Source of the DNA: Auanema rhodensis
Taxonomy: Eukaryota; Animalia; Nematoda
Assembly (NCBI GenBank): GCA_964057225.1
Contig: OZ059898.1
Span: 21,080,001-21,144,000, forward strand
Reading direction: 5' to 3'
DNA length: 64,000 bases
Shown here: positions 13,939-27,600 of the stretch, one piece after another
Numbering within the stretch: position 1 is the first letter of the stretch
Layout: every line of letters starts with the position of its first letter
Program-made: the position numbers and the translations under genes
Notes under the pieces: model-generated
Seen by the model: only the letters and a program-made list of their open reading frames with translations
Databases searched by the model: none
What the model was told of the DNA's origin: nothing

Positions 13939-15648
13939 TAACCATGACTTTGAAATTTACGTGAACTTCAATTTATGCTAATTAAATGTACACGTGATGT
14001 GCACTTGGTATGTAACTCGCTTCACGTGAAAGATGAAGAGATGCGGTTTTCAAAATTAGATTCCCTATGTTCATATTAGTCTAAAAACAAATTTTTATTG
14101 ATATTGGTGCATGGTAACCATGACTTTGAAATTTACGTGAACTTCAATTTATGCTAATTAAATGTACACGTGATGTGCACTTGGTATGTAACTCGCTTCA
14201 CGTGAAAGATGAAGAGATGCGGTTTTCAAAATTAGATTCCCTATGTCCATATTAGTCTAAAAACAAATTTTTATTGATATTGGTTCATGGTAACCATGAC
14301 TTTGAAATTTACGTGAACTTTAATTTATGCTAATTAAATGTACACGTGATGTGCACTTGGTATGTAACTCGCTTCACGTGAAAGATAAAGAGATGCGGTT
14401 TTCAAAATTAGATTCCCCATGTCCATATTAGTCTAAAAACAAATTTTTATTGATATTGGTGCATGGTAACCATGACTTTGAAATTTACGTGAACTTTAAT
14501 TTATGCTAATTAAATGTACACGTGATGTGCCCTTGGTATGTAACTCGCTTCACGTGAAAGATAAAGAGATGCGGTTTTCAAAATTAGATTCCCCATGTCC
14601 ATATTAGTCTAAAAACAATTTTTTATTGATATTGGTGCATGGTAACCATGACTTTGAAATTTACGTGAACTTTAATTTATGCTAATTAAATGTACACGTG
14701 ATGTGCACTTGGTATGTAACTCGCTTCACGTGAAAGATAAAGAGATGCGGTTTTCAAAATTAGATTCCCTATGTCCATATTAGTCTAAAAACAAATTTTT
14801 ATTGATATTGGTGCATGGTAACCATGACTTTGAAATTTACGTGAACTTTAATTTATGCTAATTAAATGTACACGTGATGTGCACTTGGTATGTAACTCGC
14901 TTCACGTGAAAGATAAAGAGATGCGGTTTTCAAAATTAGATTCCCCATGTCCATATTAGTCTTAAAACAAATTTTTATTGATATTGGTTCATGGTAACCA
15001 TGACTTTGAAATTTACGTGAACTTTAATTTATGCTAATTAAATGTACACGTGATGTGCACTTGGTATGTAACTCGCTTCACGTGAAAGATAAAGAGATGC
15101 GGTTTTCAAAATTAGATTCCCCATGTCCATATTAGTCTAAAAACAAATTTTTATTGATATTGGTTCATGGTAACCATGACTTTGAAATTTACGTGAACTT
15201 TAATTTATGCTAATTAAATGTACACGTGATGTGCACTTGGTATGTAACTCGCTTCACGTGAAAGATAAAGAGATGCGGTTTTCAAAATTAGATTCCCCAT
15301 GTCCATATTAGTCTAAAAACAAATTTTTATTGATATTGGTTCATGGTGACCATGACTTTGAAATTTACGTGAACTTTAATTTATGCTAATTAAATGTACA
15401 CGTGATGTGCAATTGGTATGTAACTCGCTTCACGTGAAAGATAAAGAGATGCGGTTTTCAAAATTAGATTCCCCATGTCCATATTAGTCTAAAAACAAAT
15501 TTTTGTTGATATTGGTGCATGGTAACCATGACTTTGAAATTTACGTGAACTTTAATTTATGCTAATTAAATGTACACGTGATGTGCACTTGGTATGTAAC
15601 TCGCTTCACGTGAAAGATAAAGAGATGCGGTTTTCAAAATTAGATTCC

Positions 15649-15699
15649 CCATGTCCATATTAGTCTAAAAACAAATTTTTAGACTAATATGGATCATGG
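15649..15699. other. Perfect 18-bp inverted repeat, copy 2 intact; 177-bp monomer
   Basis: Arms 15654-15671 and 15676-15693, identical to the 11777 copy. Confidence 0.97.
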
Positions 15700-17409
15700 T
15701 AACCATGACTTTGAAATTTACGTGAACTTCAATTTATGCTAATTAAATGTACACGTGATGTGCACTTGGTATGTAACTCGCTTCACGTGAAAGATGAAGA
15801 GATGCGGTTTTCAAAATTAGATTCCCTATGTCCATATTAGTCTAAAAACAAATTTTTATTGATATTGGTGCATGGTAACCATGACTTTGAAATTTACGTG
15901 AACTTTAATTTATGCTAATTAAATGTACACGTGATGTGCACTTGGTATGTAACTCGCTTCACGTGAAAGATAAAGAGATGCGGTTTCCAAAATTAAATTC
16001 CCCATGTCCATATTAGTCTAAAAACAAATTTTTATTGATATTGGTTCATGGTAACCATGACTTTGAAATTTACGTGAACTTCAATTTATGCTAATTAAAT
16101 GTACACGTGATGTGCACTTGGTATGTAACTCGCTTCACGTGAAAGATGAAGAGATGCGGTTTTCAAAATTAGATTCCCTATGTCCATATTAGTCTAAAAA
16201 CAAATTTTTATTGATATTGGTTCATGGTAACCATGACTTTGAAATTTACGTGAACTTTAATTTATGCTAATTAAATGTACACGTGATGTGCCCTTGGTAT
16301 GTAACTCGCTTCACGTGAAAGATAAAGAGATGCGGTTTTCAAAATTAGATTCCCCATGTCCATATTAGTCTAAAAACAATTTTTTATTGATATTGGTGCA
16401 TGGTAACCATGACTTTGAAATTTACGTGAACTTTAATTTATGCTAATTAAATGTACACGTGATGTGCACTTGGTATGTAACTCGCTTCACGTGAAAGATA
16501 AAGAGATGCGGTTTTCAAAATTAGATTCCCTATGTCCATATTAGTCTAAAAACAAATTTTTATTGATATTGGTGCATGGTAACCATGACTTTGAAATTTA
16601 CGTGAACTTTAATTTATGCTAATTAAATGTACACGTGATGTGCACTTGGTATGTAACTCGCTTCACGTGAAAGATAAAGAGATGCGGTTTTCAAAATTAG
16701 ATTCCCCATGTCCATATTAGTCTTAAAACAAATTTTTATTGATATTGGTTCATGGTAACCATGACTTTGAAATTTACGTGAACTTTAATTTATGCTAATT
16801 AAATGTACACGTGATGTGCACTTGGTATGTAACTCGCTTCACGTGAAAGATAAAGAGATGCGGTTTTCAAAATTAGATTCCCCATGTCCATATTAGTCTA
16901 AAAACAAATTTTTATTGATATTGGTTCATGGTAACCATGACTTTGAAATTTACGTGAACTTTAATTTATGCTAATTAAATGTACACGTGATGTGCACTTG
17001 GTATGTAACTCGCTTCACGTGAAAGATAAAGAGATGCGGTTTTCAAAATTAGATTCCCCATGTCCATATTAGTCTAAAAACAAATTTTTATTGATATTGG
17101 TTCATGGTGACCATGACTTTGAAATTTACGTGAACTTTAATTTATGCTAATTAAATGTACACGTGATGTGCAATTGGTATGTAACTCGCTTCACGTGAAA
17201 GATAAAGAGATGCGGTTTTCAAAATTAGATTCCCCATGTCCATATTAGTCTAAAAACAAATTTTTGTTGATATTGGTGCATGGTAACCATGACTTTGAAA
17301 TTTACGTGAACTTTAATTTATGCTAATTAAATGTACACGTGATGTGCACTTGGTATGTAACTCGCTTCACGTGAAAGATAAAGAGATGCGGTTTTCAAAA
17401 TTAGATTCC

Positions 17410-17460
17410 CCATGTCCATATTAGTCTAAAAACAAATTTTTAGACTAATATGGATCATGG
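17410..17460. other. Perfect 18-bp inverted repeat, copy 3 intact; 177-bp monomer
   Basis: Arms 17415-17432 and 17437-17454. Confidence 0.97.
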
Positions 17461-20400
17461 TAACCATGACTTTGAAATTTACGTGAACTTCAATTTATGC
17501 TAATTAAATGTACACGTGATGTGCACTTGGTATGTAACTCGCTTCACGTGAAAGATGAAGAGATGCGGTTTTCAAAATTAGATTCCCTATGTCCATATTA
17601 GTCTAAAAACAAATTTTAATTGATATTGGTGCATGGTAACCATGACTTTGAAATTTACGTGAACTTTAATTTATGCTAATTAAATGTACACGTGATGTGC
17701 ACTTGGTATGTAACTCGCTTCACGTGAAAGATAAAGAGATGCGGTTTCCAAAATTAGATTCCCCATGTCCATATTAGTCTAAAAACAAATTTTTATTGAT
17801 ATTGGTTCATGGTAACCATGACTTTGAAATTTACGTGAACTTCAATTTATGCTAATTAAATGTACACGTGATGTGCACTTGGTATGTAACTCGCTTCACG
17901 TGAAAGATGAAGAGATGCGGTTTTCAAAATTAGATTCCCTATGTCCATATTAGTCTAAAAACAAATTTTTATTGATATTGGTTCATGGTAACCATGACTT
18001 TGAAATTTACGTGAACTTTAATTTATGCTAATTAAATGTACACGTGATGTGCACTTGGTATGTAACTCGCTTCACGTGAAAGATAAAGAGATGCGGTTTT
18101 CAAAATTAGATTCCCCATGTCCATATTAGTCTAAAAACAAATTTTTATTGATATTGGTGCATGGTAACCATGACTTTGAAATTTACGTGAACTTTAATTT
18201 ATGCTAATTAAATGTACACGTGATGTGCCCTTGGTATGTAACTCGCTTCACGTGAAAGATAAAGAGATGCGGTTCTCAAAATTAGATTCCCCATGTCCAT
18301 ATTAGTCTAAAAACAATTTTTTATTGATATTGGTGCATGGTAACCATGACTTTGAAATTTACGTGAACTTTAATTTATGCTAATTAAATGTACACGTGAT
18401 GTGCACTTGGTATGTAACTCGCTTCACGTGAAAGATAAAGAGATGCGGTTTTCAAAATTAGATTCCCTATGTCCATATTAGTCTAAAAACAAATTTTTAT
18501 TGATATTGGTGCATGGTAACCATGACTTTGAAATTTACGTGAACTTTAATTTATGCTAATTAAATGTACACGTGATGTGCACTTGGTATGTAACTCGCTT
18601 CACGTGAAAGATAAAGAGATGCGGTTTTCAAAATTAGATTCCCCATGTCCATATTAGTCTTAAAACAAATTTTTATTGATATTGGTTCATGGTAACCATG
18701 ACTTTGAAATTTACGTGAACTTTAATTTATGCTAATTAAATGTACACGTGATGTGCACTTGGTATGTAACTCGCTTCACGTGAAAGATAAAGAGATGCGG
18801 TTTTCAAAATTAGATTCCCCATGTCCATATTAGTCTAAAAACAAATTTTTATTGATATTGGTTCATGGTAACCATGACTTTGAAATTTACGTGAACTTTA
18901 ATTTATGCTAATTAAATGTACACGTGATGTGCACTTGGTATGTAACTCGCTTCACGTGAAAGATAAAGAGATGCGGTTTTCAAAATTAGATTCCCCATGT
19001 CCATATTAGTCTAAAAACAAATTTTTATTGATATTGGTTCATGGTAACCATGACTTTGAAATTTACGTGAACTTTAATTTATGCTAATTAAATGTACACG
19101 TGATGTGCACTTGGTATGTAACTCGCTTCACGTGAAAGATAAAGAGATGCGGTTTTCAAAATTAGATTCCCCATGTCCATATTAGTCTAAAAACAAATTT
19201 TTATTGATATTGGTTCATGGTAACCATGACTTTGAAATTTACGTGAACTTTAATTTATGCTAATTAAATGTACACGTGATGTGCAATTGGTATGTAACTC
19301 GCTTCACGTGAAAGATAAAGAGATGCGGTTTTCAAAATTAGATTCCCCATGTCCATATTAGTCTAAAAACAAATTTTTGTTGATATTGGTGCATGGTAAC
19401 CATGACTTTGAAATTTACGTGAACTTTAATTTATGCTAATTAAATGTACACGTGATGTGCACTTGGTATGTAACTCGCTTCACGTGAAAGATGAAGAGAT
19501 GCGGTTTTCAAAATTAGATTCCCCATGTCCATATTAGTCTAAAAACAAATTTTTATTGATATTGGTGCATGGTAACCATGACTTTGAAATTTACGTGAAC
19601 TTTAATTTATGCTAATTAAATGTACACGTGATGTGCACTTGGTATGTAACTCGCTTCACGTGAAAGATAAAGAGATGCGGTTTCCAAAATTAGATTCCCC
19701 ATGTCCATATTAGTCTAAAAACAAATTTTTATTGATATTGGTTCATGGTAACCATGACTTTGAAATTTACGTGAACTTCAATTTATGCTAATTAAATGTA
19801 CACGTGATGTGCACTTGGTATGTAACTCGCTTCACGTGAAAGATGAAGAGATGCGGTTTTCAAAATTAGATTCCCTATGTCCATATTAGTCTAAAAACAA
19901 ATTTTTATTGATATTGGTTCATGGTAACCATGACTTTGAAATTTACGTGAACTTTAATTTATGCTAATTAAATGTACACGTGATGTGCACTTGGTATGTA
20001 ACTCGCTTCACGTGAAAGATAAAGAGATGCGGTTTTCAAAATTAGATTCCCCATGTCCATATTAGTCTAAAAACAAATTTTTATTGATATTGGTGCATGG
20101 TAACCATGACTTTGAAATTTACGTGAACTTTAATTTATGCTAATTAAATGTACACGTGATGTGCCCTTGGTATGTAACTCGCTTCACGTGAAAGATAAAG
20201 AGATGCGGTTCTCAAAATTAGATTCCCCATGTCCATATTAGTCTAAAAACAATTTTTTATTGATATTGGTGCATGGTAACCATGACTTTGAAATTTACGT
20301 GAACTTTAATTTATGCTAATTAAATGTACACGTGATGTGCACTTGGTATGTAACTCGCTTCACGTGAAAGATAAAGAGATGCGGTTTTCAAAATTAGATT

Positions 20401-22690
20401 CCCTATGTCCATATTAGTCTAAAAACAAATTTTTATTGATATTGGTGCATGGTAACCATGACTTTGAAATTTACGTGAACTTTAATTTATGCTAATTAAA
20501 TGTACACGTGATGTGCACTTGGTATGTAACTCGCTTCACGTGAAAGATAAAGAGATGCGGTTTTCAAAATTAGATTCCCCATGTCCATATTAGTCTTAAA
20601 ACAAATTTTTATTGATATTGGTTCATGGTAACCATGACTTTGAAATTTACGTGAACTTTAATTTATGCTAATTAAATGTACACGTGATGTGCACTTGGTA
20701 TGTAACTCGCTTCACGTGAAAGATAAAGAGATGCGGTTTTCAAAATTAGATTCCCCATGTCCATATTAGTCTAAAAACAAATTTTTATTGATATTGGTTC
20801 ATGGTAACCATGACTTTGAAATTTACGTGAACTTTAATTTATGCTAATTAAATGTACACGTGATGTGCACTTGGTATGTAACTCGCTTCACGTGAAAGAT
20901 AAAGAGATGCGGTTTCCAAAATTAGATTCCCCATGTCCATATTAGTCTAAAAACAAATTTTTATTGATATTGGTTCATGGTAACCATGACTTTGAAATTT
21001 ACGTGAACTTCAATTTATGCTAATTAAATGTACACGTGATGTGCACTTGGTATGTAACTCGCTTCACGTGAAAGATGAAGAGATGCGGTTTTCAAAATTA
21101 GATTCCCTATGTCCATATTAGTCTAAAAACAAATTTTTATTGATATTGGTTCATGGTAACCATGACTTTGAAATTTACGTGAACTTTAATTTATGCTAAT
21201 TAAATGTACACGTGATGTGCACTTGGTATGTAACTCGCTTCACGTGAAAGATAAAGAGATGCGGTTTTCAAAATTAGATTCCCCATGTCCATATTAGTCT
21301 AAAAACAAATTTTTATTGATATTGGTGCATGGTAACCATGACTTTGAAATTTACGTGAACTTTAATTTATGCTAATTAAATGTACACGTGATGTGCCCTT
21401 GGTATGTAACTCGCTTCACGTGAAAGATAAAGAGATGCGGTTCTCAAAATTAGATTCCCCATGTCCATATTAGTCTAAAAACAATTTTTTATTGATATTG
21501 GTGCATGGTAACCATGACTTTGAAATTTACGTGAACTTTAATTTATGCTAATTAAATGTACACGTGATGTGCACTTGGTATGTAACTCGCTTCACGTGAA
21601 AGATAAAGAGATGCGGTTTTCAAAATTAGATTCCCTATGTCCATATTAGTCTAAAAACAAATTTTTATTGATATTGGTGCATGGTAACCATGACTTTGAA
21701 ATTTACGTGAACTTTAATTTATGCTAATTAAATGTACACGTGATGTGCACTTGGTATGTAACTCGCTTCACGTGAAAGATAAAGAGATGCGGTTTTCAAA
21801 ATTAGATTCCCCATGTCCATATTAGTCTTAAAACAAATTTTTATTGATATTGGTTCATGGTAACCATGACTTTGAAATTTACGTGAACTTTAATTTATGC
21901 TAATTAAATGTACACGTGATGTGCACTTGGTATGTAACTCGCTTCACGTGAAAGATAAAGAGATGCGGTTTTCAAAATTAGATTCCCCATGTCCATATTA
22001 GTCTAAAAACAAATTTTTATTGATATTGGTTCATGGTAACCATGACTTTGAAATTTACGTGAACTTTAATTTATGCTAATTAAATGTACACGTGATGTGC
22101 ACTTGGTATGTAACTCGCTTCACGTGAAAGATAAAGAGATGCGGTTTTCAAAATTAGATTCCCCATGTCCATATTAGTCTAAAAACAAATTTTTATTGAT
22201 ATTGGTTCATGGTAACCATGACTTTGAAATTTACGTGAACTTTAATTTATGCTAATTAAATGTACACGTGATGTGCACTTGGTATGTAACTCGCTTCACG
22301 TGAAAGATAAAGAGATGCGGTTTTCAAAATTAGATTCCCCATGTCCATATTAGTCTAAAAACAAATTTTTATTGATATTGGTTCATGGTAACCATGACTT
22401 TGAAATTTACGTGAACTTTAATTTATGCTAATTAAATGTACACGTGATGTGCAATTGGTATGTAACTCGCTTCACGTGAAAGATAAAGAGATGCGGTTTT
22501 CAAAATTAGATTCCCCATGTCCATATTAGTCTAAAAACAAATTTTTGTTGATATTGGTGCATGGTAACCATGACTTTGAAATTTACGTGAACTTTAATTT
22601 ATGCTAATTAAATGTACACGTGATGTGCACTTGGTATGTAACTCGCTTCACGTGAAAGATAAAGAGATGCGGTTTTCAAAATTAGATTCC

Positions 22691-22741
22691 CCATGTCCAT
22701 ATTAGTCTAAAAACAAATTTTTAGACTAATATGGATCATGG
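22691..22741. other. Perfect 18-bp inverted repeat, copy 4 intact; 177-bp monomer
   Basis: Arms 22696-22713 and 22718-22735. Confidence 0.97.
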
Positions 22742-23411
22742 TAACCATGACTTTGAAATTTACGTGAACTTCAATTTATGCTAATTAAATGTACACGTGA
22801 TGTGCACTTGGTATGTAACTCGCTTCACGTGAAAGATGAAGAGATGCGGTTTTCAAAATTAGATTCCCTATGTCCATATTAGTCTAAAAACAAATTTTTA
22901 TTGATATTGGTGCATGGTAACCATGACTTTGAAATTTACGTGAACTTTAATTTATGCTAATTAAATGTACACGTGATGTGCACTTGGTATGTAACTCGCT
23001 TCACGTGAAAGATAAAGAGATGCGGTTTTCAAAATTAGATTCCCTATGTCCATATTAGTCTAAAAACAAATTTTTATTGATATTGGTGCATGGTAACCAT
23101 GACTTTGAAATTTACGTGAACTTTAATTTATGCTAATTAAATGTACACGTGATGTGCACTTGGTATGTAACTCGCTTCACGTGAAAGATAAAGAGATGCG
23201 GTTTTCAAAATTAGATTCCCTATGTCCATATTAGTCTAAAAACAAATTTTTATTGATATTGGTGCATGGTAACCATGACTTTGAAATTTACGTGAACTTT
23301 AATTTATGCTAATTAAATGTACACGTGATGTGCACTTGGTATGTAACTCGCTTCACGTGAAAGATAAAGAGATGCGGTTTTCAAAATTAGATTCCCCATG
23401 TCCATATTAGT

Positions 23412-23527
23412 CTAAAAACAAATTTTTAATGTATGTACACGTGATGTGCACTTGGTATGTAACTCGCTTCACGTGAAAGATGAAGAGATGCGGTTTTCAA
23501 AATTAGATTCCCTATGTCCATATTAGT
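23412..23527. repeat. Truncated 116-bp monomer (60-bp net deletion)
   Basis: ctaaaaacaaattttta-atgt-atgtacacgtg: consensus positions 18-81 are lost and atgt is duplicated. The next monomer starts at 23528. Confidence 0.96.
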
Positions 23528-24699
23528 CTAAAAACAAATTTTTATTGATATTGGTGCATGGTAACCATGACTTTGAAATTTACGTGAACTTTAATTTATG
23601 CTAATTAAATGTACACGTGATGTGCACTTGGTATGTAACTCGCTTCACGTGAAAGATAAAGAGATGCGGTTTTCAAAATTAGATTCCCTATGTCCATATT
23701 AGTCTAAAAACAAATTTTTATTAATATTGGTGCATGGTAACCATGACTTTGAAATTTACGTGAACTTTAATTTATGCTAATTAAATGTACACGTGATGTG
23801 CACTTGGTATGTAACTCGCTTCACGTGAAAGATAAAGAGATGCGGTTTTCAAAATTAGATTCCCTATGTCCATATTAGTCTTAAAACAAATTTTTATTGA
23901 TATTGGTTCATGGTAACCATGACTTTGAAATTTACGTGAACTTTAATTTATGCTAATTAAATGTACACGTGATGTGCACTTGGTATGTAACTCGCTTCAC
24001 GTGAAAGATAAAGAGATGCGGTTTTCAAAATTAGATTCCCCATGTCCATATTAGTCTAAAAACAAATTTTTATTGATATTGGTTCATGGTAACCATGACT
24101 TTGAAATTTACGTGAACTTTAATTTATGCTAATTAAATGTACACGTGATGTGCACTTGGTATGTAACTCGCTTCACGTGAAAGATAAAGAGATGCGGTTT
24201 TCAAAATTAGATTCCCCATGTCCATATTAGTCTAAAAACAAATTTTTATTGATATTGGTGCATGGTAACCATGACTTTGAAATTTACGTGAACTTTAATT
24301 TATGCTAATTAAATGTACACGTGATGTGCACTTGGTATGTAACTCGCTTCACGTGAAAGATAAAGAGATGCGGTTTTCAAAATTAGATTCCCTATGTCCA
24401 TATTAGTCTAAAAACAAATTTTTATTGATATTGGTGCATGGTAACCATGACTTTGAAATTTACGTGAACTTTAATTTATGCTAATTAAATGTACACGTGA
24501 TGTGCACTTGGTATGTAACTCGCTTCACGTGAAAGATAAAGAGATGCGGTTTTCAAAATTAGATTCCCTATGTCCATATTAGTCTTAAAACAAATTTTTA
24601 TTGATATTGGTTCATGGTAACCATGACTTTGAAATTTACGTGAACTTTAATTTATGCTAATTAAATGTACACGTGATGTGCACTTGGTATGTAACTCGC

Positions 24700-27600
24700 T
24701 TCACGTGAAAGATAAAGAGATGCTGTTTTCAAAATTAGATTCCCCATGTCCATATTAGTCTAAAAACAAATTTTTATTGATATTGGTTCATGGTAACCAT
24801 GACTTTGAAATTTACGTGAACTTTAATTTATGCTAATTAAATGTATACGTGATGTGCACTTGGTATGTAACTCGCTTCACGTGAAAGATAAAGAGATGCG
24901 GTTTTAAAAATTAGATTCCCCATGTCCATATTAGTCTAAAAACAAATTTGTATTGATATTGGTTCATGGTAACCATGACTTTGAAATTTACGTGAACTTT
25001 AATTTATGCTAATTAAATGTACACGTGATGTGCACTTGGTATGTAACTCGCTTCACGTGAAAGATAAAGAGATGCGGTTTTCAAAATTAGATTCCCCATG
25101 TCCATATTAGTCTAAAAACAAATTTTTATTGATATTGGTGCATGGTAACCATGACTTTGAAATTTACGTGAACTTTAATTTATGCTAATTAAATGTACAC
25201 GTGATGTGCACTTGGTATGTAACTCGCTTCACGTGAAAGATAAAGAGATGCGGTTTTCAAAATTAGATTCCTCATGTCCATATTAGTTTAAAAACAAATT
25301 TTGATTGATATTGGTGCATGGTAACCATGACTTTGAAATTTACGTGAACTTTAATTTATGCTAATTAAATGTACACGTGATGTGCACTTGGTATGTAACT
25401 CGCTTCACGTGAAAGATAAAGAGATGCGGTTTTCAAAATTAGATTCCCCATGTCCATATTAGTCTAAAAACAAATTTTTATTGATATTGGTTCATGGTAA
25501 CCATGACTTTGAAATTTACGTGAACTTTAATTTATGCTAATTAAATGTACACGTGATGTGCACTTGGTATGTAACTCGCTTCACGTGAAAGATAAAGAGA
25601 TGCGGTTTTCAGAATTAGATTCCCCATGTCCATATTAGTCTAAAAACAAATTTTTATTGATATTGGTGCATGGTAACCATGACTTTGAAATTTACGTGAA
25701 CTTTAATTTATGCTAATTAAATGTACACGTGATGTGCACTTGGTATGTAACTCGCTTCACGTGAAAGATAAAGAGATGCGGTTTTCAAAATTAGATTCCC
25801 CATGTCCATATTAGTTTAAAAACAAATTTTTATTGATATTGGTGCATGGTAACCATGACTTTGAAATTTACGTGAACTTTAATTTATGCTAATTAAATGT
25901 ACACGTGATGTGCACTTGGTATGTAACTCGCTTCACGTGAAAGATAAAAAGATGCGGTTTTCAAAATTAGATTCCCCATGTGCATATTAGTCTAAAAACA
26001 AATTTTTATTGATATTGGTTCATGGTAACCATGACTTTAAAATTTACGTGAACTTTAATTTATGCTAATTAAATGTACACGTGATGTGCACTTGGTATGT
26101 AACTCGCTTCACGTGAAAGATAAAGAGATGCGGTTTTCAAAATTAGATTCCCCATGTCCATATTAGTCTAAAAACAAATTTTTATTGATATTGGTTCATG
26201 GTAACCATGACTTTGAAATTTACGTGAACTTTAATTTATGCTAATTAAATGTACACGTGATGTGCACTTGGTATGTAACTCGCTTCACGTGAAAGATAAA
26301 GAGATGCGGTTTTCAAAATTAGATTCCCCATGTCCATATTAGTCTAAAAACAAATTTTTATTGATATTGGTGCATGGTAACCATGACTTTGAAATTTACG
26401 TGAACTTTAATTTATGCTAATTAAATGTACACGTGATGTGCACTTGGTATGTAACTCGCTTCACGTGAAAGATAAAGAGATGCGGTTTTCAAAATTAGAT
26501 TCCCCATGTCCATATTAGTCTAAAAACAAATTTTTATTGATATTGGTGCATGGTAACAATGACTTTGAAATTTACGTGAACTTTAATTTATGCTAATTAA
26601 ATGTACACGTGATGTGCACTTGGTATGTAACGCGCTTCACGTGAAAGATAAAGAGATGCGGTTTTCAAAATTAGATTCCCCATGTCCATATTAGTCTAAA
26701 AACAAATTTTTATTGATATTGGTTCATGGTAACCATGACTTTGAAATTTACGTGAACTTTAATTTATGCTAATTAAATGTATACGTGATGTGCACTTGGT
26801 ATGTAACTCGCTTCACGTGAAAGATAAAGAGATGCGGTTTTCAAAATTAGATTCCCCATGTCCATATTAGTCTAAAAACAAATTTTTATTGATATTGGTT
26901 CATGGTAACCATGACTTTGAAATTTACGTGAACTTTAATTTATGCTAATTAAATGTACACGTGATGTGCACTTGGTATGTAACTCGCTTCACGTGAAAGA
27001 TAAAAAGATGCGGTTTTCAAAATTAGATTCCCCATGTCCATATTAGTCTAAAAACAAATTTTTATTGATATTGGTGCATGGTAACCATGACTTTGAAATT
27101 TACGTGAACTTTAATTTATGCTAATTAAATGTACACGTGATGTGCACTTGGTATGTAACTCGCTTCACGTGAAAGATGAAGAGATGCGGTTTTCAAAATT
27201 AGATTCCCCATGTCCATATTAGTCTAAAAACAAATTTTTATTGATATTGGTTCATGGTAACCATGACTTTGAAATTTACGTGAACTTTAATTTATGCTAA
27301 TTAAATGTACACGTGATGTGCACTTGGTATGTAACTCGCTTCATGTGAAAGATAAAGAGATGCGGTTTTCAAAATTAGATTCCCCATGTCCATATTAGTC
27401 TAAAAACAAATTTTTATTGATATTGGTTCATGGTAACCATGACTTTGAAATTTACGTGAACTTTAATTTATGCTAATTAAATGTATACGTGATGTGCACT
27501 TGGTATGTAACTCGCTTCACGTGAAAGATAAAGAGATGCGGTTTTCAAAATTAGATTCCCCATGTCCATATTAGTCTAAAAACAAATTTTTATTGATATT

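Larger units (their letters stand above)
11089..24700. repeat. Variant domain B: irregular 6/10/11/7-mer higher-order repeat carrying the perfect-hairpin monomers
   Basis: gtgcCctt at 12420, 13476, 14531, 16292, 18229, 20165, 21397. ctTaaaac monomers start at 14961, 16722, 18659, 20595, 21827, 23880, 24584. cccTatg is confined to this interval. Confidence 0.85.
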
